A DNA stretch of 40,000 nt from Marinobacter piscensis (lineage in GTDB: Bacteria > Pseudomonadota > Gammaproteobacteria > Pseudomonadales > Oleiphilaceae). The position numbers were made by a program, and so were the translations under genes. The first letter of the stretch is position 1. Each line of letters starts with the position of its first letter. The notes below the pieces were generated by a model, which saw only the letters and a program-made list of their open reading frames with translations, searched no databases and had not been told where the DNA came from. Of this stretch, positions 38,021-40,000 are shown in pieces. The stretch is taken from assembly GCF_007671655.1 (NCBI RefSeq), contig NZ_VCGX01000001.1:613917-653916 (forward strand), read 5' to 3'.

Positions 38021-39247
38021 TCAGTGCAATGACAACGACCGACGCTCGCCGACCTGCTCCGGCTCTATTGCAGTATCAAGCCTGCCAAAATGGCTCAGTA
38101 CAAACGTCGCCAAGGCCGCCAGCTCCTGGTCATTATAGATAGCGCCGAAATCGGGCATTCTATGATTCACCGGCAACGACGATGCAGGGTTCCCCTCCAG
38201 CAATATGCCTAGCAGATTAGAAGCACGAGGGTCGCTTACTGTCTTCAGACCCGACAGTGTAGCTGTGGGGCTCTGATTACCTCGCCCATCCCACTGGTGG
38301 CAACTAACACAGGCATCGGCGAAGATTTTACTGCCCAGATCTTCATTCAACGGTGCTCCCGCTAGTTTCGGCTTCACGGCGGGCCTCGGTACCCCAACAG
38401 CTTTGGGGTCGGTTGCTTTTAGATAAGTAGCTATGGCCCTGAGATCACTCTCACTCAGGTGTCTCAGGCTATATTCAACCACCTCGGCCATTGGTCCCCC
38501 AGCTACGCCATGACCTTCTGCATACCCCTCCCTGAAATAGGATACCAACTGATCTTCTGACCACTGGCCAATTCCGTGCGAATCACTTGAGGTAATGTTA
38601 TAGGCTCGCCAGCCCCCAATATCGGCGCCAGCAAACAGCTCGCTGGACTGCGTCGCCTGAAAAATATTTCTCGGGGTATGACATTCGCCGCAATGCCCGG
38701 GCCCATTCACCAGGTAGGCACCGCGATTCCAGGCCTCGCTTTGATCAAGGTCAGGCTGGAAGCGCTTGTCATCCAAGAAGACAAAATTCCAAAGGTACAT
38801 TCCCCAGCGCTGATTGAAAGGAAAGCCAATATCGTTCTCCCTCGCTGGTTGGTGCACCGGTTCCAGACTGAACAAATACGCCTTGATTGCAAGAATATCT
38901 TCCCTTGGCATTTTGGTGTACGAGGTATATGGGAAAGCGGGGTAGTAATGCTCACCCTCTCGGCTTATCCCCTCCTGCAACGCCCTGACGAACTCGTCAT
39001 CTGTCCAGTCTCCAATACCCGTTTCAGCATCTGGCGTAATGTTCGGGGTGTAGAGCGTCCCGAACGGCAATTCAAAAGCAAGCCCTCCGGCGAACGGCTT
39101 TTCGCCCGGAGCCGTGTGGCAAGCCACACAATCCGCAGCGGTTGCCAGGTATTCGCCTTCGGCGACTAACGCCTTGTCGCTGCTAACTGCCATAACATCA
39201 ACACACACCAGAAGGTACGCGAGCAGGCCAAAAATAATCTTTCTCAC
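38021..39247 (-). CDS. Tri-haem cytochrome c subunit of a membrane-bound molybdo-dehydrogenase
   Basis: Three CxxCH motifs (CVACH, CGECH, CVSCH). A GTG start at 39247 is preceded by AGGAGG at 5 nt, giving a signal peptide VRKIIFGLLAYLLVCVDVMA. Confidence 0.8.
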   Translation of the reverse strand: MRKIIFGLLAYLLVCVDVMAVSSDKALVAEGEYLATAADCVACHTAPGEKPFAGGLAFELPFGTLYTPNITPDAETGIGDWTDDEFVRALQEGISREGEHYYPAFPYTSYTKMPREDILAIKAYLFSLEPVHQPARENDIGFPFNQRWGMYLWNFVFLDDKRFQPDLDQSEAWNRGAYLVNGPGHCGECHTPRNIFQATQSSELFAGADIGGWRAYNITSSDSHGIGQWSEDQLVSYFREGYAEGHGVAGGPMAEVVEYSLRHLSESDLRAIATYLKATDPKAVGVPRPAVKPKLAGAPLNEDLGSKIFADACVSCHQWDGRGNQSPTATLSGLKTVSDPRASNLLGILLEGNPASSLPVNHRMPDFGAIYNDQELAALATFVLSHFGRLDTAIEPEQVGERRSLSLH

Positions 39248-39257
39248 AACGCCCTCC

Positions 39258-40000
39258 TTATGCAATAAAATAGCCCGAACGAACAAGCGGTAGACGGCGA
39301 ACCCGATCTCCGAATGTCGCGTTGACCGCGTTAAGCAAAGCAGGCCCTATTAGCGCGGTACCAGCTTCTCCCACCCCTCCCGGCGCTTCAGCGCTGGGTA
39401 CTATATGCACTTCTACAGGCGGTGCCTCGCTGATGCGCAACTGGCGGTATGCATGGAAGTTTTCTTGCTGCACCTGACCGCCTTTAATATCAATTTCATT
39501 AAACAGCGCTGCTGACAACCCAAACAAGGTGCCGCCCTCCATTTGTGCTTTCACCGAGGTCGGATTGGTCACCAGTCCGCAATCAACGACGGTGACCAAA
39601 CGCTCGATTCTGACGCCCTTTTCTCCAATGGCGGATAGCTCAACCATCGTAACCACAATGCTGCCGAACACTTCCCCGACAGCCAGCCCTCGACCGCGAC
39701 CACGGGGCACCGGACTATCCCACGCAACCTTGCTGGCCAGCAGATCCAATGCCGTCAGCACCCTGGGCTTGTGGGCCAACAAGGTTTTTCGGTAGCTCAG
39801 TGGATCTTTTCCGGCGTTATGAGCTAACTCATCAACAAAACACTCAATGGCAAAAGTGCTGCGCAGAACACCAACACCTCGCCACCAGGAAACGGGCACC
39901 ACTTCAGGCTCTTCACGAATGAAGTGGACCTTCAGGCTGTCCAGTTTGTAGATGGGGTCAACGGCCACTTCTACGGCGTCAGGGTCGACACCGCTGGCCG
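39258..40000 (-). CDS. Molybdopterin-binding large subunit (IorB/aldehyde oxidase family), C-terminal part; 5' end outside window
   Basis: The frame is open to the window edge. ...VVTVVDCGLVTNPTSVKAQMEGGTLFGLSAAL...GGVGEAGTALIGPALLNAV... is typical of xanthine-dehydrogenase-family Mo subunits. Confidence 0.8.
   Translation of the reverse strand, partial: ASGVDPDAVEVAVDPIYKLDSLKVHFIREEPEVVPVSWWRGVGVLRSTFAIECFVDELAHNAGKDPLSYRKTLLAHKPRVLTALDLLASKVAWDSPVPRGRGRGLAVGEVFGSIVVTMVELSAIGEKGVRIERLVTVVDCGLVTNPTSVKAQMEGGTLFGLSAALFNEIDIKGGQVQQENFHAYRQLRISEAPPVEVHIVPSAEAPGGVGEAGTALIGPALLNAVNATFGDRVRRLPLVRSGYFIA

Overview
This window is dominated by a large sedentary chromosomal integron (about 879-22680) in a roughly 55-57% GC gammaproteobacterial backbone; the genus cannot be determined from sequence alone. 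An integron integrase gene (intI, 21688-22680, + strand) has a LexA box in its promoter. An attI site (core GTTATG at 21341-21346) is followed leftwards by about 32 cassettes. All their attC sites share one orientation, and most cassette ORFs lie on the minus strand. Eleven attC sites belong to one near-identical 79-bp class.

Cassette cargo:
- Six toxin-antitoxin modules: ccdAB, a frameshifted relE/parE-like pair, two higBA, RHH-parE and parDE.
- Small detoxification or metabolic genes: GFA, VOC/glyoxalase, GNAT and chorismate mutase.
- Many small membrane proteins.
- An attI-proximal block rich in nuclease, nucleotidyltransferase and Abi-like domains: two HEPN-motif proteins, two HNH proteins, a Pol-beta-fold nucleotidyltransferase and an AbiGi-like protein.
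- Four related ORF-poor cassettes.

An IS66-family element (6710-9136, 8-bp target duplication) splits one cassette gene, and one complete cassette occurs twice with identical sequence.

To the right of intI is ordinary core genome, all on the minus strand: nrdB and nrdA (NrdR-like boxes upstream of nrdA, a 27-bp perfect inverted repeat between the two genes), nhaB, an amidase-BCCT transporter pair, an MFS transporter, a decayed DJ-1/PfpI gene, three oxidoreductases, and an XdhC / tri-haem cytochrome c / molybdopterin-subunit cluster. The left edge carries an SDR fragment and a DsbA-like isomerase.

All functional calls come from reading the translated sequences by eye; no database search was run.
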